Positions 28,968-36,989 of a DNA stretch of 64,000 nt are shown one piece after another (position 1 is the first letter of the stretch; each line of letters opens with the position of its first letter). Under the pieces are notes generated by a model. It ran no database searches, had not been told where the DNA came from, and saw only the letters and a program-made list of their open reading frames with translations. Origin of the DNA: Bradymonadia bacterium (GTDB lineage: Bacteria > Myxococcota_A > Bradymonadia > UBA7976 > UBA1532). The DNA lies in NCBI GenBank assembly GCA_046290225.1, contig JBKAGE010000036.1, forward strand, positions 288,001 through 352,000, written 5' to 3'. The translations under genes were made by a program, and so were the position numbers.

Positions 28968-30788
28968 ATGCTGACCAATATGCGAGAGAAGTCTCAGAAC
29001 TTCGGCATCTATTTCCTGTTCGCCATATTGATCTTCGTGTTCATTTTCCTGTTCGGCCCTCAAAGCGAAGGCTGTCAGGGCTCCTCTGCTGTACAGGCCC
29101 GCGTGGGCTGGGCCGCCACGGTGGCCAACGCTGAGCTGACCCAGGAAGAAGTCGAAGTTCAGCTCAAGCGAAAGTATCGCAACCTGAGCGATCTCTCCGC
29201 CGCCGATCTCGCCCAGCTGCGCCGCGAGGTGCTGATGCAGCTGATCGACGTCACCCGCATGGCTCAGAAAGCTCAGTCCATGGGCCTGGCCATCGACAAG
29301 GAGACGATCACCAACTTCATCGTCAGCAAGGACAACCCCGACTTCTTCGCCTTCGCCATCAAGGTGGGCACGGGGAACACCAAGGACGACTTCCGGTTCG
29401 ACGTCGACACCTACCGCTCTGTGGTGCGCCAAGTCTTCGGCATCAACGACGAGGAGTACCGCCGCATCATCGAGCAGGAGCTGCTCGTACAGCGCTACAT
29501 GGAGTTCCTCACCGAGCAGGTGCAGGTGAGCAAGGCCGAGGCCCAGGAGGCCTACGAGCGCCGCGAGCGCAAGTGGAACCTCGAGTTCGTCACCTTCGAC
29601 GCCGCCAAGGTCACCGAGCTGACCCCGGCCACCCCCGAAGAGGGTGCAGCCTACGCCAAGGCCAACGCCGACGAGATCTCGAAGTACTACGAGGACAACA
29701 AGGGCGTCTACGTGCACGATAAAGAGGTGAAGGTCCGCCGGATCCTCCTGAAGCTGCCCAAGGGGGCCGACGACGCCAAGAAGGCCGAGCTGAAGAAGAA
29801 GGCTGAAGAGATCCTCGCCGAGGCAAAGGCCGAGGGCGCCGACTTCGAGGCCATCGCCCGGGAGAAGTCCGAGGGCTACTACAAGAACTTCGGTGGCGAC
29901 ATGGGCTGGCGCAGCTCCGACAACTCCCCTGCCGAGGACTACAAGGTCTACGCCGGCCTCGAGAAGGGTCAGATCTCCGCCGTGAGCGAGAACGCCTCCG
30001 GCTTCTGGATCGTGAAGGCCGACGACGTCAAGCCCGCCATCGACCGCAAGCTCGACGCCGTGCGCGATGAGATCGGTCAGATCCTCGCCTCGAAGACCAA
30101 GCGCCGCACCCAGGCCAAGGCCGACGCTGAGGCCCTCCTGGCCAAGGTCAAGGGTGGCAATGTGACCCTCGCCGAGCTCGCCAAGCCCGCCGAGGAAGCC
30201 ACCCCCGAGATGCCCAAGCCGGAAATGCCCAAGCCCGAGATGCCCAAGCCCGAAAAAGAGGGCGACACCCCGGCGATGCCCAAGCCTGAGACCGCTCAGA
30301 ACACGCCCAAGAAGCCGGCCTTCAAGGTGCAGGAGACGGGCATGTTCAACGACGATCGCCCCAACTGGGAGATCATCCCCAAGATGGGCAAGGTGCCCGA
30401 GCTCGCCGGCGTGCTCAACAGCCTCACCAAGGAGAAGCCCCAACCTGGCCAGCTCTTCGAGGCCAACGACCGCTTCTTCGTCGTGCGGCTCAAAGATGCT
30501 CAGGATCCCAACATGGAGCTCTTCGAGAAAGAGGCCGACGATCTCACCAACCGCCTGCGGCGCCAGCGTCAGGGGCAGCTCGTGGGTCAGTGGCGGGGTT
30601 ACCTCTTCGGTCAGGCCCAGTACCGCGACTTTGTCAAGCAGCGTGGCCTCGGCCTCCTGGCCCTGGCGCTGCCCGAGGTCGAGAAGGACAGCAGCATCAA
30701 GGTGAACACTCAGGCCTTCCCTGGTCCGCCTGCTCCTCCTGCGGCCCCCGGCACCGATGCCAAGGCCAACCCCACCAAGGGTGGCTGA
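28968..30788 (+). CDS. ppiD: PpiD/SurA-like periplasmic folding chaperone with parvulin PPIase domain
   Basis: MLTNMREK followed by a TM, a SurA-N-like region, and VRRILL...DFEAIAREKS...GGDMGW. Confidence 0.85.
   Translation: MLTNMREKSQNFGIYFLFAILIFVFIFLFGPQSEGCQGSSAVQARVGWAATVANAELTQEEVEVQLKRKYRNLSDLSAADLAQLRREVLMQLIDVTRMAQKAQSMGLAIDKETITNFIVSKDNPDFFAFAIKVGTGNTKDDFRFDVDTYRSVVRQVFGINDEEYRRIIEQELLVQRYMEFLTEQVQVSKAEAQEAYERRERKWNLEFVTFDAAKVTELTPATPEEGAAYAKANADEISKYYEDNKGVYVHDKEVKVRRILLKLPKGADDAKKAELKKKAEEILAEAKAEGADFEAIAREKSEGYYKNFGGDMGWRSSDNSPAEDYKVYAGLEKGQISAVSENASGFWIVKADDVKPAIDRKLDAVRDEIGQILASKTKRRTQAKADAEALLAKVKGGNVTLAELAKPAEEATPEMPKPEMPKPEMPKPEKEGDTPAMPKPETAQNTPKKPAFKVQETGMFNDDRPNWEIIPKMGKVPELAGVLNSLTKEKPQPGQLFEANDRFFVVRLKDAQDPNMELFEKEADDLTNRLRRQRQGQLVGQWRGYLFGQAQYRDFVKQRGLGLLALALPEVEKDSSIKVNTQAFPGPPAPPAAPGTDAKANPTKGG
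30204..30254 (+). repeat. Coding repeat (PEMPK)3
   Basis: CCSGARATGCCCAAG three times, plus a further PAMPKPE copy downstream. Confidence 0.85.
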
Positions 30789-30826
30789 GCCATCATCGGC
30801 CTGACGATTCCAGGCCAGCACGCATG

Positions 30827-30855
30827 AAAAAGGCGCCCCTTGGGGCGCCTTTTTT
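30827..30855. terminator. Bidirectional intrinsic terminator
   Basis: AAAAAGGCGCCCC-TT-GGGGCGCCTTTTTT between convergent genes. Confidence 0.9.
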
Positions 30856-30875
30856 GTTGGGCTCTTATGTGTATG

Positions 30876-30918
30876 GGCCCCTGTCTGGCCCCCCTATCTG
30901 GCCCCCCCTGTCTGGCCC
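30876..30918. repeat. Short tandem repeat GG(C)nTRTCT x3
   Basis: C-runs of 4, 6 and 7 separated by TGTCT or TATCT. Confidence 0.75.
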
Positions 30919-30928
30919 AGAGTTGAAC

Positions 30929-32131
30929 TCAGCCGACGCGGTTCACACTCAACATCGCGTGTCGCATCTGGTTCAGCTCCACCATGTTGAGTGATCCAGA
31001 GCGCAGGTATGCGCGGCGAATCCCCCCCACCTGCTCGGCGAGCATGATCTCCGACAGCTCGTTGAGTCGCCGGGTCAGCCGCTCAAGTAGATTGCTCACT
31101 CGGCGGTGCTCTCCGTCAGCCTGGGCCCGACCCATGTCTTCCACCCATGACAGCAGCTCCACCCGATCCCGGGCAATGACGAGTGGGCTTTGGGCCATCA
31201 GACGCTGCTGGCCAGGCTGATCGACCGACACGACGATCTCGTGCTCAACCTCACTGGCGCGGCCTTGATCGCTCCAGCTCAACTTTGCAGTGCACACTCG
31301 ATACATGCCAGCGACCCGTCGTGGGATCACCATGGTCATCAAAAACCGCGGTGTGCTCTGATCACCCATGGGGCCCGGATCGAGCATCAGTCGTCGCTCG
31401 GTGTGGCTGACCCGCACCGCACCCAGGAATGCCCTGGTGGGTGCCAGGCGGAACATGTCTCCGGGCTGAACCCCGTGAGGGAAGCTCAGCTCGAGCTTGG
31501 GGTTGAGCACCCGCTGCCCCTGAAGCGCTGGCAAACGCCGTGCAAGTGGAGCACTGAGCTCATTGAGCTCCGTGGCCACCATGAGCGCCCCACCGCCGAG
31601 GTTGGCCAGGCGGTTGAGCAGGCCCAAATCGCTGGACATCGACACCACCAGGACGTCGATGCCGATGTTCGCCTGAGAGAGCTGGGTGGCCGCCCGAGTG
31701 AGTGCTTCGCCCCCTTCGTGGGTCATGCCGCTCACCACGAGGGTGACACGTCGGGCCACAGGTACCCCAGCAAAGGACTTCAGCGCTTCGTAGCCCGCCT
31801 CGAGGCCCTTGGTAATCGTGGGCTGAGGGCTCGACCACGCCATGCCTTCAGGATCCGCATCTACCGTGAGGCTGCGACCCCCTTCGCCGAGGATGACATC
31901 TTCGTCGCCCAGATGCGTGATGAGGCCAGCGATGGCCTGCCCGAGGTGAGCCTTGAGCGGACCATCGGGGTGAGCACACACAGGGATGACGGCCAGGACC
32001 AGAGGCGCTCGATCGGCGCCTTCGTGCCGCGCAGTGATGTCGAGGCTGAGGGTGAGGCTGGCCTCCTGCTCGGAGAGCGTGATCGCAGGTGGATCAACCC
32101 GCGCGTCGATGCTGATCTCAACAGCGCTCAC
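30929..32131 (-). CDS. Degenerate vWA-domain protein
   Basis: RAPLVL start, TITKGLEAG, LVVSG, and LLNRLANLGGG resemble a vWA fold; no DxSxS MIDAS motif. Confidence 0.6.
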   Translation of the reverse strand: MSAVEISIDARVDPPAITLSEQEASLTLSLDITARHEGADRAPLVLAVIPVCAHPDGPLKAHLGQAIAGLITHLGDEDVILGEGGRSLTVDADPEGMAWSSPQPTITKGLEAGYEALKSFAGVPVARRVTLVVSGMTHEGGEALTRAATQLSQANIGIDVLVVSMSSDLGLLNRLANLGGGALMVATELNELSAPLARRLPALQGQRVLNPKLELSFPHGVQPGDMFRLAPTRAFLGAVRVSHTERRLMLDPGPMGDQSTPRFLMTMVIPRRVAGMYRVCTAKLSWSDQGRASEVEHEIVVSVDQPGQQRLMAQSPLVIARDRVELLSWVEDMGRAQADGEHRRVSNLLERLTRRLNELSEIMLAEQVGGIRRAYLRSGSLNMVELNQMRHAMLSVNRVG

Positions 32132-34095
32132 TTGCCACGCCCCTTCCTCGGAATGCTCAAAGGCGTCGCGTCCCCCATGGGCAGAGGCGAGCCAAAGGAG
32201 AGCACCACACAGCTGATGTTGTCGCCCCCTGCACCGCGGTTGGCGAGGACCATCAACTCAAAGGCTGCCCATGTGGCTCCGGGGGCCGACTCCACGATTT
32301 GCCTCATACGATCTTCTGCATCCTCTTCGTCGAGGCCTGCGTAGTCTGGGATGCCGTCGGAGCACAAGACGATGGTGTCGCCCGGCAACACCCTCAGCTC
32401 CCGAAAGTCGGGCTGGAGCGGCACCGGCACAAGTCGATCGCGATCGTTCTTCTCGAACTCGCCGACACACCGCACCAGGGCTCCGCCCCCGGCGACCTGA
32501 CGCACCGTGGAGGGGGTGCGGCCGAACCTCAACAGCTGGGTGGCCAGATCGTGATCAGCCATCAGAGATGTGATGTGGCCATCGCGAATGAGGTAGATGC
32601 GGCTATCGCCGATGGACATCAGGGTCACCGCGTTGCCGTCCACCAGAGCAGCGACAGCCGTTGAGGCCATGATGCCCATGGGCTGAGCAGGGAACGTGGG
32701 CATGTCCTGGTGCACCCGCTCACCGATGCGGGCGTTGGCCTGATCGAGCATCTGGCGCATGATGGCCCGGCGGCCCTTGGGGTTGAGCGGCAACCCCGGA
32801 CGACTGTAAGGCCCCGGCTCGAAGATGAGGCCCGTGGACTCTACGTTCTCGCGATCGGCAGCCTTGGGCGACTCTACCCGGCCACTTCTCAGGCGGCTCC
32901 AGAGGTTGAACGCCTCTTCTCGAACGCAGGCACTCGCCAAATCTCCAGTGCCGTACTCCGAGATGCTCACCCCATCAGCGATCAGGAACAGGCCCACACC
33001 CGTGAGGTGGTCCCATGCGAGGAACATGTCGTCCTGATTCTGGGGGTTGTACTGCCCTTTGAGCACGCCGATGTGCAGCTCGTGTCCGATCTCGAGCTTG
33101 AGCCTCTGGAACGGCAGCGTGCTCCGCTTCTCTTCTTGATGGAGTGCCCAGGCCAGCGCGGTACGCAAGGCAAGAGCGTCGGGATACCGCCTGCTGGGCA
33201 CCGGCGAGGTGGCTCTGCGAATCACCGCCACCAGGTCAGGTGAAACATCGAGGCGATAGATGTTCGGGTTGGGCAGACGCTCGCTTGGCCAGACCGTCTC
33301 CTCGAAACGCTCCACACCGGTGACGAGGTAGTACAGCACCATGCCGGCGAAGAAGACATCGGTGGCCGGCGTGATCACGCCGCCACAGTGTCCGACGACC
33401 TCAGGTGCCGAGAAGCCGGGGCTCACGGGCTGGGCCTCAGGGTGAAAGGGGCCATCAGCGATGTCGAGGGGTACAGGGATGTCGAGGAGGACGCATCGAT
33501 CCTGAGGGGTGATCAATACTTCGTCGGGATCGACAGCGCCGAGGAACAACCCCTGATCGTGCAGCTGAGCGAGGAAGTTGATGACTGGCAGGGCCCATGT
33601 ACGTACAGCCTGGGCATAGACCACAGCGTCGCTGGACTCGGACATCCGCTCGATGGCCTCACCGAGCAGCGTGCCTTCAGGCAGCGCGGTGACGACGCAT
33701 CTGCAGTCCGCCCAGTCTGCCACCCACGCTGGGCTCAAGGCAGCATCACCGAGGAGCGCCCGGGCTTCCGCTCGCCTTCGCCGGAGCGCTTGCACTGCAT
33801 CGGCTGCGGTGATCACGACTTCGTAGCGACGGCCTTCCTGACCGTCAGCGAGGAAGCGGCGCTCCTCCGAGCCATGTTTCAAGGCGCGCTTGAGGGTGAT
33901 GCTCTCGCGGCCCCCTTCGATGATCTCACCGACGCCGGGCCAGCTGCGGGTGCTTTCTTCAGGGGGCGCAGCCCGCAGGCCACAATAACCACACCATGCA
34001 CCGCTCACAGGGTGGCCACAGCCTCGGCACTCGCTGGCAGGGGCCATGTGCTTCTTCTCGCCATCCTTCACTGGATGGTCCACTTCCTGGGTCAA
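32128..34095 (-). CDS. Zn-ribbon + kinase-like + PP2C phosphatase fusion
   Basis: CxxC-CxxC; kinase remnants GFSAPE, DVFFAG and RRY; PP2C motifs NQDD, ADG, GDSRIY, CSDG and GDNIS. Confidence 0.85.
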   Translation of the reverse strand: MTQEVDHPVKDGEKKHMAPASECRGCGHPVSGAWCGYCGLRAAPPEESTRSWPGVGEIIEGGRESITLKRALKHGSEERRFLADGQEGRRYEVVITAADAVQALRRRRAEARALLGDAALSPAWVADWADCRCVVTALPEGTLLGEAIERMSESSDAVVYAQAVRTWALPVINFLAQLHDQGLFLGAVDPDEVLITPQDRCVLLDIPVPLDIADGPFHPEAQPVSPGFSAPEVVGHCGGVITPATDVFFAGMVLYYLVTGVERFEETVWPSERLPNPNIYRLDVSPDLVAVIRRATSPVPSRRYPDALALRTALAWALHQEEKRSTLPFQRLKLEIGHELHIGVLKGQYNPQNQDDMFLAWDHLTGVGLFLIADGVSISEYGTGDLASACVREEAFNLWSRLRSGRVESPKAADRENVESTGLIFEPGPYSRPGLPLNPKGRRAIMRQMLDQANARIGERVHQDMPTFPAQPMGIMASTAVAALVDGNAVTLMSIGDSRIYLIRDGHITSLMADHDLATQLLRFGRTPSTVRQVAGGGALVRCVGEFEKNDRDRLVPVPLQPDFRELRVLPGDTIVLCSDGIPDYAGLDEEDAEDRMRQIVESAPGATWAAFELMVLANRGAGGDNISCVVLSFGSPLPMGDATPLSIPRKGRGK

Positions 34096-34127
34096 GATGA
34101 CTCCCTCAGTCTGCCATCAGAGAGGGC

Positions 34128-34156
34128 ACAATATGACAAGGTGTCGGGGGGGGCAA
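34128..34156 (-). promoter_or_regulatory. Sigma70-like promoter containing a C8 tract
   Basis: Minus strand TTGCCC-17 nt-TATTGT, then a GAGGGAG RBS and the TTG start at 34095. Confidence 0.45.
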
Positions 34157-34195
34157 TGTCGACAGGATGACGCCGTTTTCTGAGTTCAACTGTTT

Positions 34196-34867
34196 TTAGA
34201 GCTCAACGAAGACGACTCGGGAACGCTGGAGGTGTTCGCCCGCCATGTTGTATGCGCGGATCATGAAGCCGTATCGCTCGCCGATCTCAAGTTCGACCTC
34301 AAAGCTGGGTGTCTTGATGTTTTCCCACGACTCTTCGTCGGAGGGCACCTGAGCACCCTCGGGCCAGGTCTGGCTGATGACGGTGTAGCGATCAGCGCCG
34401 GCGAGGGCATCCCACTCGAGGCGCACCGTCTTTTCGTCGAGCACGTCGATCCGCAGACCGAGCACCGGCCGGAAACCGGTCTCACGAGAGCAGACATTGC
34501 ACAGCTCGATGCCAGGCAGGTGGCGCTCGTCTTCATAGCTCTGCCGCTCTTCGCACACGGAGAGACAGATCGGATCAGCACCACACCGGGCCTCGCAGAC
34601 ATCGGCCTCGGGCTCGTCCCGATCGAAGATGGCCACTTGATGTACTGCGCCACGACGAGGCACGCCGATGACCTCCAGCGCAGTCTCGGGGAGCTCGGCC
34701 CGGGCCTGGATCCCCCGAAGTCGTTTTGGGGTCCACGTGGCCTCAGAGGCAGTAGATTCCACGACAGCGCGGTCATCCTGGCCATCGATGTCACCTTGCA
34801 CCCCACACCCGGCGACGCCGAAGGCGGAGATGAGGCACAACAGGGAGACGCTCAAAAGCTTACGCAT
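34196..34867 (-). CDS. Hypothetical lipoprotein with Cys cluster and FN3-like C-terminus
   Basis: MRKLL...VAGC lipobox; VRLEWD...YTV...YGFMIRAYN pattern. Confidence 0.7.
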   Translation of the reverse strand: MRKLLSVSLLCLISAFGVAGCGVQGDIDGQDDRAVVESTASEATWTPKRLRGIQARAELPETALEVIGVPRRGAVHQVAIFDRDEPEADVCEARCGADPICLSVCEERQSYEDERHLPGIELCNVCSRETGFRPVLGLRIDVLDEKTVRLEWDALAGADRYTVISQTWPEGAQVPSDEESWENIKTPSFEVELEIGERYGFMIRAYNMAGEHLQRSRVVFVEL

Positions 34868-34871
34868 GGCT

Positions 34872-35645
34872 TCAGTCCTCCTCATCGCGCAGGCAGCTGC
34901 CGGTGTAGAGCCCATACACTCGGGACTCATCGGCCTCTTCAGCGGCTTCCTCAAGCTCGTGCACCCGAGCGCGGATGAAGTCGAGCAGCTCTTCCCGGAA
35001 TGCCCGAGCATCTTCAGGTCGGGCCTTGAAGGCAAAGGTGCGGGCCGCAGCCTCGTCGGGCTCGTCGCCGATGAACCGCTGGAGGATCGTCTCGGTGAGC
35101 ACCTCGAGGTGCTCGCTCAAACCATCGATGCGGGCTTCCCAGTTGGCGTCGCAGTAGAGGTTCCGGTGACCTGGGACGAGGCGGTAACGCACTTTACGGC
35201 CGGGGGTCCGCTCGTCTTCTTCGATCCGCCCCTCTTGCAGCAAGGTGCGCACCGCCAGCCGGGTGCTGTCGAACTCGTTGCTGTGGGGCAGACGCTCTGC
35301 GAGCTCGTCGATGGACATGGGCCGCTGGCTCAACATGTCTTCGATGCGACGGGTGAGGTTGGTCTCGGTCTCCTCGAAGAACCCGCCTTTGTTGAACCGT
35401 GCAGAGAGCGCTTTGATGGTGCGGGTGGACTTCCCGAAGATGAGAGAGATGACGTTGATGGTGGAGTGCTTGCGCTTGGCCTCTCGCCAGAGGGCGAGCG
35501 TCATCATGTCTTTGACGGTATCGAGCGGGTAGTTGAACTTCGCCGCTGTCTTCACCGCGGGGTAGAACATGGTGAACAGCATGCGCAACACATACTCGGA
35601 ATAAGGGATTGTACCCTCTGTCGTGTCTTTGGCCTGTGACTCCAT
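34872..35645 (-). CDS. Putative winged-helix DNA-binding protein (DUF6502-like)
   Basis: HTH-like ISLIFGKSTRTIK and wHTH-like PMSIDELAERL...LLQEGRI; ATG at 35645 with AGAGG RBS. Confidence 0.6.
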   Translation of the reverse strand: MESQAKDTTEGTIPYSEYVLRMLFTMFYPAVKTAAKFNYPLDTVKDMMTLALWREAKRKHSTINVISLIFGKSTRTIKALSARFNKGGFFEETETNLTRRIEDMLSQRPMSIDELAERLPHSNEFDSTRLAVRTLLQEGRIEEDERTPGRKVRYRLVPGHRNLYCDANWEARIDGLSEHLEVLTETILQRFIGDEPDEAAARTFAFKARPEDARAFREELLDFIRARVHELEEAAEEADESRVYGLYTGSCLRDEED

Positions 35646-35684
35646 GCGTCCTCTCTGTCGATCCACTCTGGCGGTCTTCTCTCG

Positions 35685-35812
35685 CGGCGTTCTGCAACCT
35701 GATGAGGAGTTTAATGTGTCAGTACGGCAACATGCCAGTCTCAAGGGCACATTGCGATAAATTGGCCCTCGACTGATCCCCATGTTACCTCAAGGTGCAG
35801 GTGGAGACGCCG
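35685..35812. other. Long nested inverted-repeat (rod-like) structure, candidate ncRNA or leader
   Basis: Nested pairs CGGCGT/ACGCCG, CTGCA/TGCAG, CCT/AGG, TGAGG/CCTCA, AACATG/CATGTT, CAGTC/GACTG and AGGGC/GCCCT. Confidence 0.45.
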
Positions 35813-35961
35813 ACACCAAACGCCTGAGTTCAGTGTCTGTACCCCTGTTGCCCTGAGCGCCCCTCGCCTCGACCAGTCAGTGTCGAACACGAGACCGGGC
35901 ATTGACCGATCACCCAGAGATACCCCCGGTACATGGCCCTCCTATTCAAATGAGGGCACAA

Positions 35962-36924
35962 ATGAATACGATGGCTGTAGGTTCACCCCGTTTATTTACT
36001 GGAGAGGATGTCGCTCGTCTGTGTGGCGCCAGCCCTCAGCATGTGGCTCGGTGGACCCACATGGGCCTCTTGATTCCCCGCGCGCCGGGGTGTCATCGGT
36101 TTGCATTCCGAGATCTCATTTCCGCCCGCACCGTGGTGGCTCTCATCGCCGAAGGGGTCTCTGCTCTGCGAATCAGCCAGGCGGTCATGGCTCTTCGGCG
36201 ACTCAATCCCGAGATCCGCGAGCCCCTGGCCACCTGCTCTGTCTTTGCATTTGCCGGCCGGATGGTGGTGGCCCTCGACGGGGTGATGCTCGATCCCATC
36301 GATGGGCAATTGCTCCTCGTCGATGTCGTCGGGCCCATGAAGTCGGTTCGCCCGGCCCATGCCGGCCGCGTACTCGCCGCAGAGGGTTGGCGCGCAGGCC
36401 ACCCCTGGCATCATCGGCGAGGCTGGACTGCCGATCAGTGGTGTCAGGCGGGCCGCTCCGCCCGTGCCGACGGTGTACCTCTGGCTGAAGTCGAAGCGCT
36501 GTATCAAAAAGCCCTGCGCGTCGATCCAGATCACCTCGAAGGGCTCACGGAGTTGGGCCACCTGCACTATGAGCAGGGGAGCTACCGCCGAGCGGTGGCA
36601 TGCTACCGACGCGTCGTCAGGCGAGATGCCATGTGGGCCGAGGGACACTACAACCTCGCCAATGCCCTCGACGCCCTCGGGCAATGGCCCCGAGCCCGTG
36701 ACGCCCACCGGCGAGCCCTTGCTCTGCAGGCCCACTTCGTCGGCGCCCACTTCAACCTCGCTCTGGTCCTCGAGAAGATGGAGGACCGCCTCACCGCGGC
36801 CGTTCACTGGCGTCGCGTCATCGACCTCGAGCCCGAGGGGGTGGAGGCAGCCATCGCCTGGGGCTTCTTGAGCGATCGCGGACCCAACCCCCGACTCCCC
36901 CTGGTGGCAGGCCACCGCCCCTGA
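35962..36924 (+). CDS. MerR-type HTH + TPR protein
   Basis: FTGEDVARLCG...W...GLL...FAFRDL, a GQL motif, and about 4 TPRs (HYNLANAL, HFNLALVL). Start uncertain. Confidence 0.8.
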   Translation: MNTMAVGSPRLFTGEDVARLCGASPQHVARWTHMGLLIPRAPGCHRFAFRDLISARTVVALIAEGVSALRISQAVMALRRLNPEIREPLATCSVFAFAGRMVVALDGVMLDPIDGQLLLVDVVGPMKSVRPAHAGRVLAAEGWRAGHPWHHRRGWTADQWCQAGRSARADGVPLAEVEALYQKALRVDPDHLEGLTELGHLHYEQGSYRRAVACYRRVVRRDAMWAEGHYNLANALDALGQWPRARDAHRRALALQAHFVGAHFNLALVLEKMEDRLTAAVHWRRVIDLEPEGVEAAIAWGFLSDRGPNPRLPLVAGHRP

Positions 36925-36989
36925 AGCAGCGGTCGATTGCCCTGGCAGGGCTACCCCTCCCCGTGATAGCAACAGACACTCACATGTAG

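Noticed and set aside
28941..30821. 626-aa minus-strand ORF; similarly 24993-26165, 43884-45347, 46055-47821 and 55162-56460
   Set aside because: Antisense shadows of clearly identified genes.
35699..35706. CTGATGAG hammerhead ribozyme core
   Set aside because: No following stem II and GAAA segment was found.
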